Assembly (NCBI GenBank): GCA_965230915.1
Contig: OZ246395.1
Location: forward strand, 298,181 to 337,534
Reading direction: 5' to 3'
DNA: 39,354 nucleotides
DNA from: an uncultured Candidatus Saccharibacteria bacterium
GTDB lineage: Bacteria; Patescibacteriota; WWE3; 2-01-FULL-39-13
Shown: positions 28,901 through 36,595 of the stretch, piece by piece
How the letters are laid out: each line of letters starts with the position of its first letter
How positions within the stretch are numbered: position 1 is the stretch's first letter
The notes under the pieces: generated by a model
The model's database searches: none
The model's input: the letters and a program-made list of their open reading frames with translations, nothing else
Told to the model about the DNA's origin: nothing
Made by a program: the position numbers and the translations under genes

Positions 28901-31439
28901 TGGAAATCCATCTACTGGTCTCTCTAATATTGTTATCGATGTGCAAAAACCAGGAACCACAACCTGGCAGGCAACCGGACTAACCCGTACAATAAATCCT
29001 GCTGTTACTCCATATACATATTCTGTAAATAACATTGATGGTGACGCAGATGGAAATGCGTATAACATCGATGCGAATCCGGCAGGCCTTTATACATTTA
29101 GAGCGACCTGGACAGATAAAGCTGGAAATCCAACCAGTTGTACACAGACATATGATAAAGGTAGTCGAATTTCAGGAAGGATTTTCTTGAATACTGGGTC
29201 AAATGGCGATCAACGAAGAGACTATTCAAGTGAAAGCACCGGAACAGCATTTAACCCAATAAGCCGTCTTAATGGAGGTCCGATAGTTTCTGCAAATTGG
29301 AATATTACAAACAATACAAACTGTTCGGCACCATACCCGGGAACTGCTGCGGCAGGAAGTGATACAGGATTATGCGATGCGAAATTTATTACAAATGTAG
29401 AATATGCGTCTACTTCCAGGCCAACACTTGGTATTAGATTTCCTGCCCTATCATCAGATGGAACAGCTGGAAAATATCGATGTATAAGCATGAGGCTATT
29501 TAATACTGTAAATTCATCAACAACGCCTGTAAAAACTTTTACCGGACCTGGAATCACAAATGTTGCTTGTTCAGGTGGTGTTTGTGGTTGTGATGTAACT
29601 CTAGATCCAAACCAAGTCTTTATAAATAGTTCTGCAACTTATACAACTACAAGTACTTGGCCAACACATGTCGAGTTTGATTTAGCATATAATTCTGACC
29701 AAATTTACGGCCAGGTTAGAAACGAATCTGCATCTATGGTTTCCGGTAATACTGTAAAAGTTGGGAATTTAGCTGCAGCTACTGTGGCTTCTGGAAATTA
29801 TGCCTCACCTGCCCCTACTCCAGATAATTCAGCTGCTTACACTAAATCTGGCACTTCCCCGACAAATACAACTGTTGCACTAAATAACTCCGACCAAACA
29901 AAGCTTTGTATGTATGCTGCAAAACGTGATTTTGCAAATCCAACTGCAAATACAGCAAGGCTAAATACTGCAACCAATTTTGATTCACCAACAAAAATTG
30001 CAAATATAGCCAGAAACTTATCTGTACCTTCAGGTAGTGGTTGGACAGTAGGAGTCGCTGCCGAAAATGATTCTCATAATTTGTGTAGCGTAAATGTTGA
30101 GGTAGCTAATGGAGTTATGACTCCAAAATATCAGAATCAAGTTAACTTCTTCTTATTACCAAAAGTTACAGTTACTGGCCGAATCTATTATTTAAATAAG
30201 GATAATTTATGTGGTAATCCAGATACTTGGGATGACGCTGCAAATCAGGCGACTGGTACGATTCCAGTTACTATTTCTATGTCGACATCTGGAACAAGTA
30301 ATAATAATTTCTATAATCCTGATGGAGATGCTAACTATAACTCCGGGGAAACTTATACTTTCTATGCGAATGCACTTCCTGGCAATACTTGGAATACATG
30401 GAATCTTCAGAGAAGCGTAGGCTTTGGCTCGAGCACAGTGTATACATCATGTGGAAATGGAACTATTAATGTAAATAGTAATATTCCAAATTATCCGTCA
30501 GGTGGTTCTGTTATAACATCGGATATTGCAGTATATGTGCGTGAGGCAAACGATTGGTGGCAGACGTACAATGGTGGAGTTCATGGTTTGACAGGTATAC
30601 AAGACGCTATTCCAAATGAAAGTCTTCCAGTTGAAGTAGGCGGATTTGATATGCACACGCTTATTGGAGTACCTAACAATTCAATTTACACAACAGCTTC
30701 GTCTCCGGCTTTAATTAAAAATGGATTCACCCCTTCTACCTCAGGGGCTTTAGTAACAACAAAGGGTTCTCTAAGCGGAATAAATGCGGGAAGAAATGGC
30801 TCAAACTGGCAGATTTCTTCCGATAAAGCTTGGAAACAAGACAGCATGCCTGCACTTAAAATTCCATTTGCAGATAGCTCTTCGAGCACAACAGTTGATG
30901 CAATAAACAAAGTAAAAGCTTTGTCGGGCTCATCAGCTTGGTCAACAAGCACGCCTAATTTCTCAACCAAGTCATCTAATAATAAGATCGTTCTAACCGG
31001 AAACCAAACAATTGGTTCTTCTTCGTCAGATATAACCATAGGTAACAACAACTATATCTTGGTCGATGGAAACGTGAACATAAACGGAAATATTAAGCCA
31101 AGCGGGAACAACTTAGATCAAACAGTCTTTATTATCGCCAGAGGTGACGTGACAATCGCTGGAAATGTTACAGATTTAAACGCGTTTATTTATACGCCCG
31201 GTGACATTAATATCCAGACAGCAGGCCAAGATAGTTCAAATGAGAAGATCTTAAAGGTTTACGGAGGTTTATATGCAGGTGGAACAATTCATCAAAGAAG
31301 AGATATCGAAAATACTCCAACCAATTTTGGTTATCCATCAGCACAAATTATGTTTAATCCTGCCCTAATTATAAGTACACGTGGAGCTTCCTTCCCTAGC
31401 CAGCTGAAAGACACCAACGTATATTGGACGCAACAATAA
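25920..31439 (+). CDS. Giant secreted modular surface/adhesin-like protein, paralogue 2 (1839 aa from ATG 25920)
   Basis: Colinear with paralogue 1 from MPLHGSIKT (vs MPLRGFIKI) to NVYWTQQ (vs NVYWTQE). The start was moved from the track's 25893 to the in-frame ATG 25920, which aligns with the paralogue's start and its ttaATGcc context. Confidence 0.9.
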   Translation: MPLHGSIKTSFSRFSYITISVFIIVFSLFVTLNPKAALADFVLRGSTCFFRYGNTSGQTQELPVDIRFCTGGGSANACHDIEVGGGGECITANVPGSSGTNCGAREMSVSYRFNNGDNNPPTHILFDAGCTETWSRSGEGADDLNIEYFSVKEGKYEGLRFDSRYDSDEFKIDNGNDTVTIPLYKMKEELQDYTTEKRFIFYPNCGGREDSMDADCYRKEDLDPWIPPPPPPCIMPPEDISYTTSCTPTSWHFPPEQRTTDVIRARNLNLGVVNGVDYCKVDYVNVSLVQNPPYPQYWNSATNGVAEKPIPQGFTYRGDGSNLILQPGQSYWISYYHLPDAASPNGQLSAGKLFTMRGSCPTAAAPTISQLPQCRFSFPYDTEPERDKIYLRWGDSPNPGQGFVGYEIQVDDNSSFSSPVSYAKYAGDTKELPFGAPAYSTTIPIGSTQYYRIRGENWGGYGGWSTTRSYFMQRKPAPVGSFNATAYPKSGTATNATANITWSYPNDPVYAVNTTSSGFILRRAGGPGANIARGISYTARSYTDTSLLTCNNTDYTYSINGVNNCGTGNLVSDTTNCPANRPPTCTIQYLNGTSWQNFPAGGVTRDKSTTMQVRNSCSDPEGNPITYSWTTTCGSVSPSNAATTTYRFPGTAGVSCDIRSVATDSLNASAQPVTGRANTNPTAGITSLTLAPDSRSIQRSSTADAYAVISGVTQNLATMKYTVTGYSNPSSFGAPAGSNRTATISIDTTATTVATNITNICNPTYGTCAFANGGGTSLGTSATNSSQIINVSFNAAQLARVKDVMVGSTATSPIRFGIRVNFNATGLDGATINQSRTGSPTIINNAPYCSSIGISPASPLRTGTTNITVTARDDWGLNQINVGVSPAAGSLTSTDINTITGNPRLGATTVPWNVTNAPHGTYQLNATITDLDGRSVACNASSTVTGSNNPGGGTGTPPTIVVDKVSPTCTPGSFIITANAARTRLGFSVSASDPGNPSTGLSNIVIDVQKPGTTTWQATGLTRTINPAVTPYTYSVNNIDGDADGNAYNIDANPAGLYTFRATWTDKAGNPTSCTQTYDKGSRISGRIFLNTGSNGDQRRDYSSESTGTAFNPISRLNGGPIVSANWNITNNTNCSAPYPGTAAAGSDTGLCDAKFITNVEYASTSRPTLGIRFPALSSDGTAGKYRCISMRLFNTVNSSTTPVKTFTGPGITNVACSGGVCGCDVTLDPNQVFINSSATYTTTSTWPTHVEFDLAYNSDQIYGQVRNESASMVSGNTVKVGNLAAATVASGNYASPAPTPDNSAAYTKSGTSPTNTTVALNNSDQTKLCMYAAKRDFANPTANTARLNTATNFDSPTKIANIARNLSVPSGSGWTVGVAAENDSHNLCSVNVEVANGVMTPKYQNQVNFFLLPKVTVTGRIYYLNKDNLCGNPDTWDDAANQATGTIPVTISMSTSGTSNNNFYNPDGDANYNSGETYTFYANALPGNTWNTWNLQRSVGFGSSTVYTSCGNGTINVNSNIPNYPSGGSVITSDIAVYVREANDWWQTYNGGVHGLTGIQDAIPNESLPVEVGGFDMHTLIGVPNNSIYTTASSPALIKNGFTPSTSGALVTTKGSLSGINAGRNGSNWQISSDKAWKQDSMPALKIPFADSSSSTTVDAINKVKALSGSSAWSTSTPNFSTKSSNNKIVLTGNQTIGSSSSDITIGNNNYILVDGNVNINGNIKPSGNNLDQTVFIIARGDVTIAGNVTDLNAFIYTPGDINIQTAGQDSSNEKILKVYGGLYAGGTIHQRRDIENTPTNFGYPSAQIMFNPALIISTRGASFPSQLKDTNVYWTQQ

Positions 31440-31573
31440 TTCTTAAAGGTTAAATTATCACACTAAGAAAATATCCCACCCCTCAAGTGGGTACCCGTGC
31501 AGTCTATGGTATTTCGGAGAAATTCTTTACAAAGTCGAAGCCATTTTCAAGTGTGGGGATTTAATCTTTAAGC

Positions 31574-31954
31574 TTATGCTTTCTTCGATAGAGCTGCCAT
31601 GATTTCCTGCTTTAGTTGATCAGGGTTCATTGTGTCTTTAATGATATAGCCATCGGCTCCGAGTTCGAAACCTTGTTTTATGACTTTATCGTTATTTAGC
31701 ATTGTCGCGAGATAGATTTTTGTATTTGCATATTGATCGTTAGCGCGGATTTCCTCTAATACTTTTAAACCGTCTTTTTTAGGAAGTAATATATCTAACA
31801 GAATTAGGTCAATATTGGGATTATTAGCTACCATAGTCATTGCTTGTTCGCCATCTTCAGCTTCTAGTACCTCGAAGCCCTGCATTTTTAAATATTCAGC
31901 GTAAACGGTTCTAAGTGATGCTTCGTCTTCTACAAGTAGTAATTTATAAGCCAT
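31574..31954 (-). CDS. Single-domain (receiver-only, CheY-like) response regulator
   Basis: 126 aa. LLVEDEASLR, phospho-acceptor context DLILLDILLPKKDG, and LGADGYIIK. There is no output domain. Confidence 0.85.
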   Translation of the reverse strand: MAYKLLLVEDEASLRTVYAEYLKMQGFEVLEAEDGEQAMTMVANNPNIDLILLDILLPKKDGLKVLEEIRANDQYANTKIYLATMLNNDKVIKQGFELGADGYIIKDTMNPDQLKQEIMAALSKKA

Positions 31955-31998
31955 AAAACCAAGATAGCAGAAATTTTATAGTAATGTAAAGGGCGGGG

Positions 31999-33303
31999 TT
32001 ATTTAATTATTGCAATTGCCCCCGACGCCGATTCTTGTTGTGTGGTAGTGAGCTTAGGCTGTGGCGGGAGTGGTGATTTAACAGGAACGGTAAACCAAAA
32101 TGATGAACCTTTTCCTAATTCTGAGTTAAAGCCGATTCTTCCCCCCATTTGTATTGTAAATTGTTTTGAAATATACAAGCCGAGACCGGTGCTGCCCTCA
32201 GAAGTTTTAATTTTAAGACCTTCTTCGGCTCTTCCGAACTTTGTAAAGATTTTTGGATAGTCGCGCTTAGGAATTCCAGGACCTTCATCTTGAACAGTTA
32301 CTTTATAAAATTGATCTGTGTCAGGTTCGATCTTTATATAGATGTTTCCTTTTGGAGTGTACTTTATTGCGTTGCTAATAAAGTTCTCGAGAATTTCCTG
32401 ATATTTTGCTGGGTCAACCTCGACATAAGCATCAATATTATCCGGCTTATGAAGAGTAAGCCCTTTCTTCTTTGCGTTTTCGGTAAGGGCCTCAACTGAA
32501 GAAATTGTTAGTGTATAAATATGAACTTTTTGAATTTCAAAGGTTAACCTACCCTGCTGGATTCTTGATACATTTAATAAATTATTCACAATACTTTGAA
32601 GTCGGTTTAATCCGTAATCCATTTCGTTCATGAATTTTAAGTCGCGCTGAGAATATTTCTTTTTTGTAGTGTTTTCTAGCATCCACAGGTTGTTTTTTAC
32701 CACGGATATTGGAGTTTTTAGTTCATGTGATGCAATCGAAATAAATTCATCTTTCTGTTTATCTAATTCGATTTCATGTGTGATGTTTGATAATACGATA
32801 ACAGCTTCCTTTTTATCGTTTTTGAAATCGACATAAGTGCTTTTTAAATTAAAATACATACGATCTAACTCGTTTTCTTCTGCATTTTCCCCATCTTCAA
32901 TTACAATACTTACGTGTTCTACTATTTTTATTTCATCTTTAAATGCATATTCTTTTGCACTTAAAGGTGAGGTTGTAATACCTCTGTAAATTTTTACAAC
33001 TTCGTCGATATCTTTCCCTATTGCTTCTTTATGGCTTGTATTGAAAACTTGTTCGGCGCTTAGATTGAATAGTGTGATTTTAAAGTCCTGATCAATAGCG
33101 ATGATAATTTCAGCAATCTGAACAAGAATTTCGTTTAGTCTAGTTTCTTCCCGATATAACTGTAGGTTTTTCGTGTAGAGTTCTTCGGCAACATTGTGTA
33201 AGAGTTTAGATGCATCATTGGCGTTGCCTTGCATTAGGCTGCTTATTGAAGAGTTTGAATCTTGGGAGGAATTTTGATTTTGTCCTTGGGAGTTTTCTGC
33301 CAT
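31999..33303 (-). CDS. Soluble sensor histidine kinase with PAS-like sensor region
   Basis: 434 aa with no TM segment. H-box ISIASHELKTPIS, N-box ENFISNAIKYTPKG, G1 VQDEGPGIP, G2 GSTGLGLYISK. It lies 44 nt upstream of the receiver gene on the same strand. Confidence 0.85.
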   Translation of the reverse strand: MAENSQGQNQNSSQDSNSSISSLMQGNANDASKLLHNVAEELYTKNLQLYREETRLNEILVQIAEIIIAIDQDFKITLFNLSAEQVFNTSHKEAIGKDIDEVVKIYRGITTSPLSAKEYAFKDEIKIVEHVSIVIEDGENAEENELDRMYFNLKSTYVDFKNDKKEAVIVLSNITHEIELDKQKDEFISIASHELKTPISVVKNNLWMLENTTKKKYSQRDLKFMNEMDYGLNRLQSIVNNLLNVSRIQQGRLTFEIQKVHIYTLTISSVEALTENAKKKGLTLHKPDNIDAYVEVDPAKYQEILENFISNAIKYTPKGNIYIKIEPDTDQFYKVTVQDEGPGIPKRDYPKIFTKFGRAEEGLKIKTSEGSTGLGLYISKQFTIQMGGRIGFNSELGKGSSFWFTVPVKSPLPPQPKLTTTQQESASGAIAIIK

Positions 33304-33491
33304 GTATTAATCATACTATGTAAGATGACCAAATTTAAGGTTTTGTCATAATCTTGCCATCGTTCTCTTCACGAAAAACGTTATCAACTTTAGAAATCCT
33401 AATGATTGCGAATATTTTTCTTGAATAGAAAGATAACAAGATCCCTAGAGTTTTATATTGGCATGGAAACTAGTCTGAAAGAGGTTAAAAT

Positions 33492-33500
33492 TGCTATAAT
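33492..33500 (+). promoter_or_regulatory. Extended -10 promoter element (TGcTATAAT) for tRNA-Gln
   Basis: TG at 33492..33493 and TATAAT at 33495..33500, 24 nt upstream of the mature tRNA 5' end. The -35 is weak. Confidence 0.45.
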
Positions 33501-33524
33501 AGTGCTGTTATTCACCTTTATCGG

Positions 33525-33598
33525 TGCCCGGTCGTCTAATGGTAGGACGACGCACTCTGAATGCGTTAATCTTGGTTCGAGTCCAGGCTGGGCAGCCA
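33525..33598 (+). tRNA. tRNA-Gln, anticodon CUG, genomically encoded CCA
   Basis: Folded by hand. Acceptor TGCCCGG/CTGGGCA (U1-A72, one G-U). D arm GTCT-AATGGTA-GGAC. Anticodon arm ACGCA-CTCTGAA-TGCGT (CTG at positions 34-36). Variable loop TAAT. T arm CTTGG-TTCGAGT-CCAGG. Discriminator G, then CCA. Confidence 0.85.
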
Positions 33599-35053
33599 TG
33601 TAGTACAGCTAGCGTATTCAATGATAGTATCGAATGGCTTTTTGATTGCTACTTCAACGTTTTTGCCATTCAAACTAAAGTTCTGAAATGCTAGATTTAT
33701 TAAGTCTCTTTTTTCTTCCATATTAGCTGATATGAATAATTCTTCTGCTCTTGAAGCTAGGTTTAGTATATAGCTGGCGGTCATATAATAACTTTCGTCA
33801 GTTGTTCTTAGACTCGATAAACGATCTTCAATCTTCATTTGTTTCTGTCTGTACTCTAAGCTCTTTTTGTCATGTATAGCTGTAGTAATACGCCCATCTA
33901 AAAGGTCTTCGTATATTCTTTCTATTCGTCCTTCTAACTGGCTGTATTCTGTTTGCAATTGGTTTAATAGATCTTTATAGAAGCTATTCTTAGCTTGATG
34001 AGATTCCTTCAATGAACTAACTATATCTGTAAGCTCTGATTCAGGAATATGCATTTTAGAAAATATAGTTGCGAACTGTTGAGTTATACTATCTTCCCTA
34101 ATCCATTCGGCTTTATGTTTAACTTTAGATCCTGTGCAGTGATAATAAAATCTACCTTTTTGCTCTTGTGGTGATATTAAACAACCGCATTCCTGACAGG
34201 TAATGAGACCTCTGTATACTGCTGGTTTTCCTGCATATTTATATTTCTTCTTATGATAGTTTAATCTTACTTCTTGAGCCTTGTTAAATAATTCTTTGCT
34301 TATTATTGGTTCATAATGATGTGTCACTATTCGATTGTGGTATCTAATTTCCCCGTAGTAAATTGGGTTTTTAAGGATATTTGAAATCATATTCCTATCT
34401 AAACGTAAACCATAATCATTTAGAAGTTTTGTTTGTATTGTAGATATAGAATGTGATCCAGAAGCGTACAAAATATATATTTTTTCAACAATTTTAGCCT
34501 TATAAGGATCAGGTTCTACCCATTTATCGCCATTTGGTTTTAATATATTTTTTAAGCCAAAAGGAGCTTGACCTGGTAATTCCCCTTTATCTAACTTGCG
34601 TTGAATTGTATTATAAGCATCTTCTTTTAATCTATTAATGTATTGTTTAGCTAAGAAAACTTTCAAATCCCAATCCTGCATATCTTTACTATTGCTAGTT
34701 TTATCTAGAACCAGCCCATCATCTATAAAATGAAGTTCCTTTCCATACTCTAATCTTAAATCGTCGAATAATACTGCATCTCTATAGTTGCGGGTAACTC
34801 TATCAACTCTGTAAGAAATAATAGCTTTTATATTTGAATTTTCTTTTACATAAGCTATTACCTCATTAAACTTTGTTCTAATCTTTCTATCTGCTGATTC
34901 ACTGAAAACAAATTCTTTAACTATATTTAAATTATTTACCAGTGCATATTGTTGCAACTTAGGTAATTGAATTTCTTTTAGAGAAAGACCCTCTTTCTCT
35001 TGTTTTAATGTTGATACTCTGGCTATTAAGATGCCATCTGTTTTTGTTTTCAT
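33566..35053 (-). CDS. Large serine recombinase (integrase)
   Basis: 495 aa. Catalytic N-terminus GILIARVSTLKQ and resolvase core VDRVTRN. Recombinase domain ILKNPIYYGEI. Zn-ribbon CQECGC...YYHCTG. C-terminal coiled coil. The last 11 codons (WLPSLDSNQD*) are the complement of tRNA-Gln positions 33566..33598. Confidence 0.85.
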   Translation of the reverse strand: MKTKTDGILIARVSTLKQEKEGLSLKEIQLPKLQQYALVNNLNIVKEFVFSESADRKIRTKFNEVIAYVKENSNIKAIISYRVDRVTRNYRDAVLFDDLRLEYGKELHFIDDGLVLDKTSNSKDMQDWDLKVFLAKQYINRLKEDAYNTIQRKLDKGELPGQAPFGLKNILKPNGDKWVEPDPYKAKIVEKIYILYASGSHSISTIQTKLLNDYGLRLDRNMISNILKNPIYYGEIRYHNRIVTHHYEPIISKELFNKAQEVRLNYHKKKYKYAGKPAVYRGLITCQECGCLISPQEQKGRFYYHCTGSKVKHKAEWIREDSITQQFATIFSKMHIPESELTDIVSSLKESHQAKNSFYKDLLNQLQTEYSQLEGRIERIYEDLLDGRITTAIHDKKSLEYRQKQMKIEDRLSSLRTTDESYYMTASYILNLASRAEELFISANMEEKRDLINLAFQNFSLNGKNVEVAIKKPFDTIIEYASCTTWLPSLDSNQD

Positions 35054-35056
35054 GAC

Positions 35057-36160
35057 TTATATTGTTACTCTTTCAAAAGCAAGTAATTTACTTTTAATTA
35101 AGTTAATTAAACTATATTGTGGACTTTTATCAAATGAGAATCTTTTTAATTGTGACTTTGCTTTTGACCATGAGTTTTTCCCATATTTAACTTCTGTTAG
35201 ATTCCTAAATTCCTTTAGATTTAATCCATCTAACATCATTAAATATCCATAAGCCATAGCCATATTATTCATTGAAGCTGATGGGTTGTTTATCATAAAG
35301 TTACCTGCAAACTCTTCAACTTTTTTTGATTCTGACAGTAATGGCAATCGAGTAGATTCAATATTCTCAAATGTTTTTAATAAAACAGCTTTAGATTTAG
35401 CCATACTGAAAAGTTCTTTTAAGGTTAGACTTTCTGATAGCCCTGCTTTTCTTAAAGCAGACCTTATTTCTTTTTTTGTGTTTAATCTAGTTTCAAACCT
35501 TATAACTCTAGGAAGCTCGGCAGTGTTGGTGAAGTCAAAAAGATGAAGTTGAATAGCATTATCTTTTTCTTCCCTCCCCTTTTCTGTTGTCTTTGACTTT
35601 TCTAAATCTTTGATTTTATCGTAGAAAACATATTCATAACTGTTTGTTCTAAATTTAAGTAAACTACCTCCGTTTCGGTATTCTATTTCTGTTTGATCAA
35701 GCCTTTTACTCATATCACAGTTACTAAGCTCTTTAAGAACCATATGAGGAAATAAGTGCTTATCTAAGAATATATTTTTAGAATAATGGATTCCACTTAA
35801 CTCATGATTTATTAAAACTTCCCTATCAATTACAATCCCTTGAAAAAACAAAGCCTGTCTAAGTTTATCTATGAGCTCTTCGAACAAATCATCTTTAAGC
35901 TCTATAAAGTTATTTTTAAACAGCATTTTAGATGCTGAAAACTCTATCCTTAATGTAGTGCTACCACGGCGGTTGTATAAAGTTAGCCTTGGTCTGTAGT
36001 TTCCTTTTAATAAATCCTCTTTAGTGGGATTAGATATAAGTTTAGCTATTGATATGTTAGAACCTTTGTAATTACTATCTTTAATAAAGGTTTTGAATTT
36101 TTCCATATGTAATCCTTTAATTTTTACCCTAGGAATATTTATAACTATTGTATCTATCAT
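35057..36160 (-). CDS. Rolling-circle replication initiation protein, filamentous-phage gene II/X (Phage_CRI)-like
   Basis: 367 aa. N-terminal MIDTIVINIP resembles the MID-h-h-x-h-x-h-P start of inovirus gpII. LRIEFSASKMLFKNNF, SGIHYSKNI, YVFYDKIKDL and VIRFETRLNTKKEI align from memory with the gpII blocks VEIKASPAKVLQGHNVFG, SRIDATF, LVAYLKHVEL and LVRFEARIKTRYL. This needs HMM confirmation. Confidence 0.5.
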   Translation of the reverse strand: MIDTIVINIPRVKIKGLHMEKFKTFIKDSNYKGSNISIAKLISNPTKEDLLKGNYRPRLTLYNRRGSTTLRIEFSASKMLFKNNFIELKDDLFEELIDKLRQALFFQGIVIDREVLINHELSGIHYSKNIFLDKHLFPHMVLKELSNCDMSKRLDQTEIEYRNGGSLLKFRTNSYEYVFYDKIKDLEKSKTTEKGREEKDNAIQLHLFDFTNTAELPRVIRFETRLNTKKEIRSALRKAGLSESLTLKELFSMAKSKAVLLKTFENIESTRLPLLSESKKVEEFAGNFMINNPSASMNNMAMAYGYLMMLDGLNLKEFRNLTEVKYGKNSWSKAKSQLKRFSFDKSPQYSLINLIKSKLLAFERVTI

Positions 36161-36419
36161 TGTTCATTACCTCTTCAAACTTCTTTGAAATTACTTCTTC
36201 TAACATTTTTCCTATGTCTTTACTGATCGGATAGAAAATATCTATACTCTTTTGTTCTGTAACTTTATTTGGAAACACTAATCTATAACCGCCGCTTTTC
36301 CTTGTGAAGATCGCAATGCTACCTAAATAAAAGGATCCATCATAAATAACACTGGCAAAGGCTACTAAGCCGTTATTGGGCTTTACTGGTACTATCTGAA
36401 TTTCAGTTATTTTTGGCAT
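36129..36419 (-). CDS. SpoVG-family nucleic-acid-binding protein homologue
   Basis: 96 aa. KITEIQIVPVKPNNGLVAFASVIYDGSFYLGSIAIFTRKSGGYRLVFPNK...IDIFYPISKDIGKMLEEVISKKF follows the SpoVG pattern (VTDVRLRRV..G.M.AIASITLD.EFVVHDIRVI....GLFVAMPSK...D..HPI......I..AVL..Y). Its 3' end overlaps the Rep start by 32 nt. Confidence 0.6.
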   Translation of the reverse strand: MPKITEIQIVPVKPNNGLVAFASVIYDGSFYLGSIAIFTRKSGGYRLVFPNKVTEQKSIDIFYPISKDIGKMLEEVISKKFEEVMNNDRYNSYKYS

Positions 36420-36595
36420 TTTCGATTGTATTAGAACTAATTCTCTTATCTATTGCAGCTAAGATTTCAAAGAAACTTACCAAAGGTTTTATAGATTCTA
36501 TTTTAGGTGGGTTTTTTATCTTCTTAGCCTTTTTCATTAAGCTAAGAGTACGAAATAGGCAGTTGCGCAAAGTTGAGCAACTTTTATGGTCAATT

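Noticed and set aside
20539-31051. Fifteen short ORFs (60-128 aa) in the track inside the two giant genes, most antisense and four in alternative plus-strand frames (e.g. 20539..20775, 21792..22043, 23410..23658, 25128..25439, 27680..28009, 28682..29068, 29222..29557, 30686..31051).
   Set aside because: All lie wholly inside 5.5-kb ORFs whose paralogy and domain motifs establish the plus-strand frame. They have no start context or motifs and are typical shadow ORFs.
20416-31439. A diversity-generating retroelement or CRISPR-type explanation for the repeated sequence.
   Set aside because: There is no reverse transcriptase ORF, no short template/variable repeat pair with adenine-specific mismatches, and no short direct-repeat/spacer array anywhere in the window. 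The repetition is whole-gene paralogy.
31475-31491. Hairpin CCCAC-ccctcaa-GTGGG between the convergent giant gene 2 and the response-regulator gene, considered as a bidirectional terminator.
   Set aside because: It has only a 5-bp stem and no flanking T/A tracts, so it is too weak to call.
33406-33603. 65-aa plus-strand ORF spanning the tRNA-Gln gene.
   Set aside because: Its 3' half is the tRNA itself, which gives a clean cloverleaf with anticodon CUG. The ORF is an artefact.
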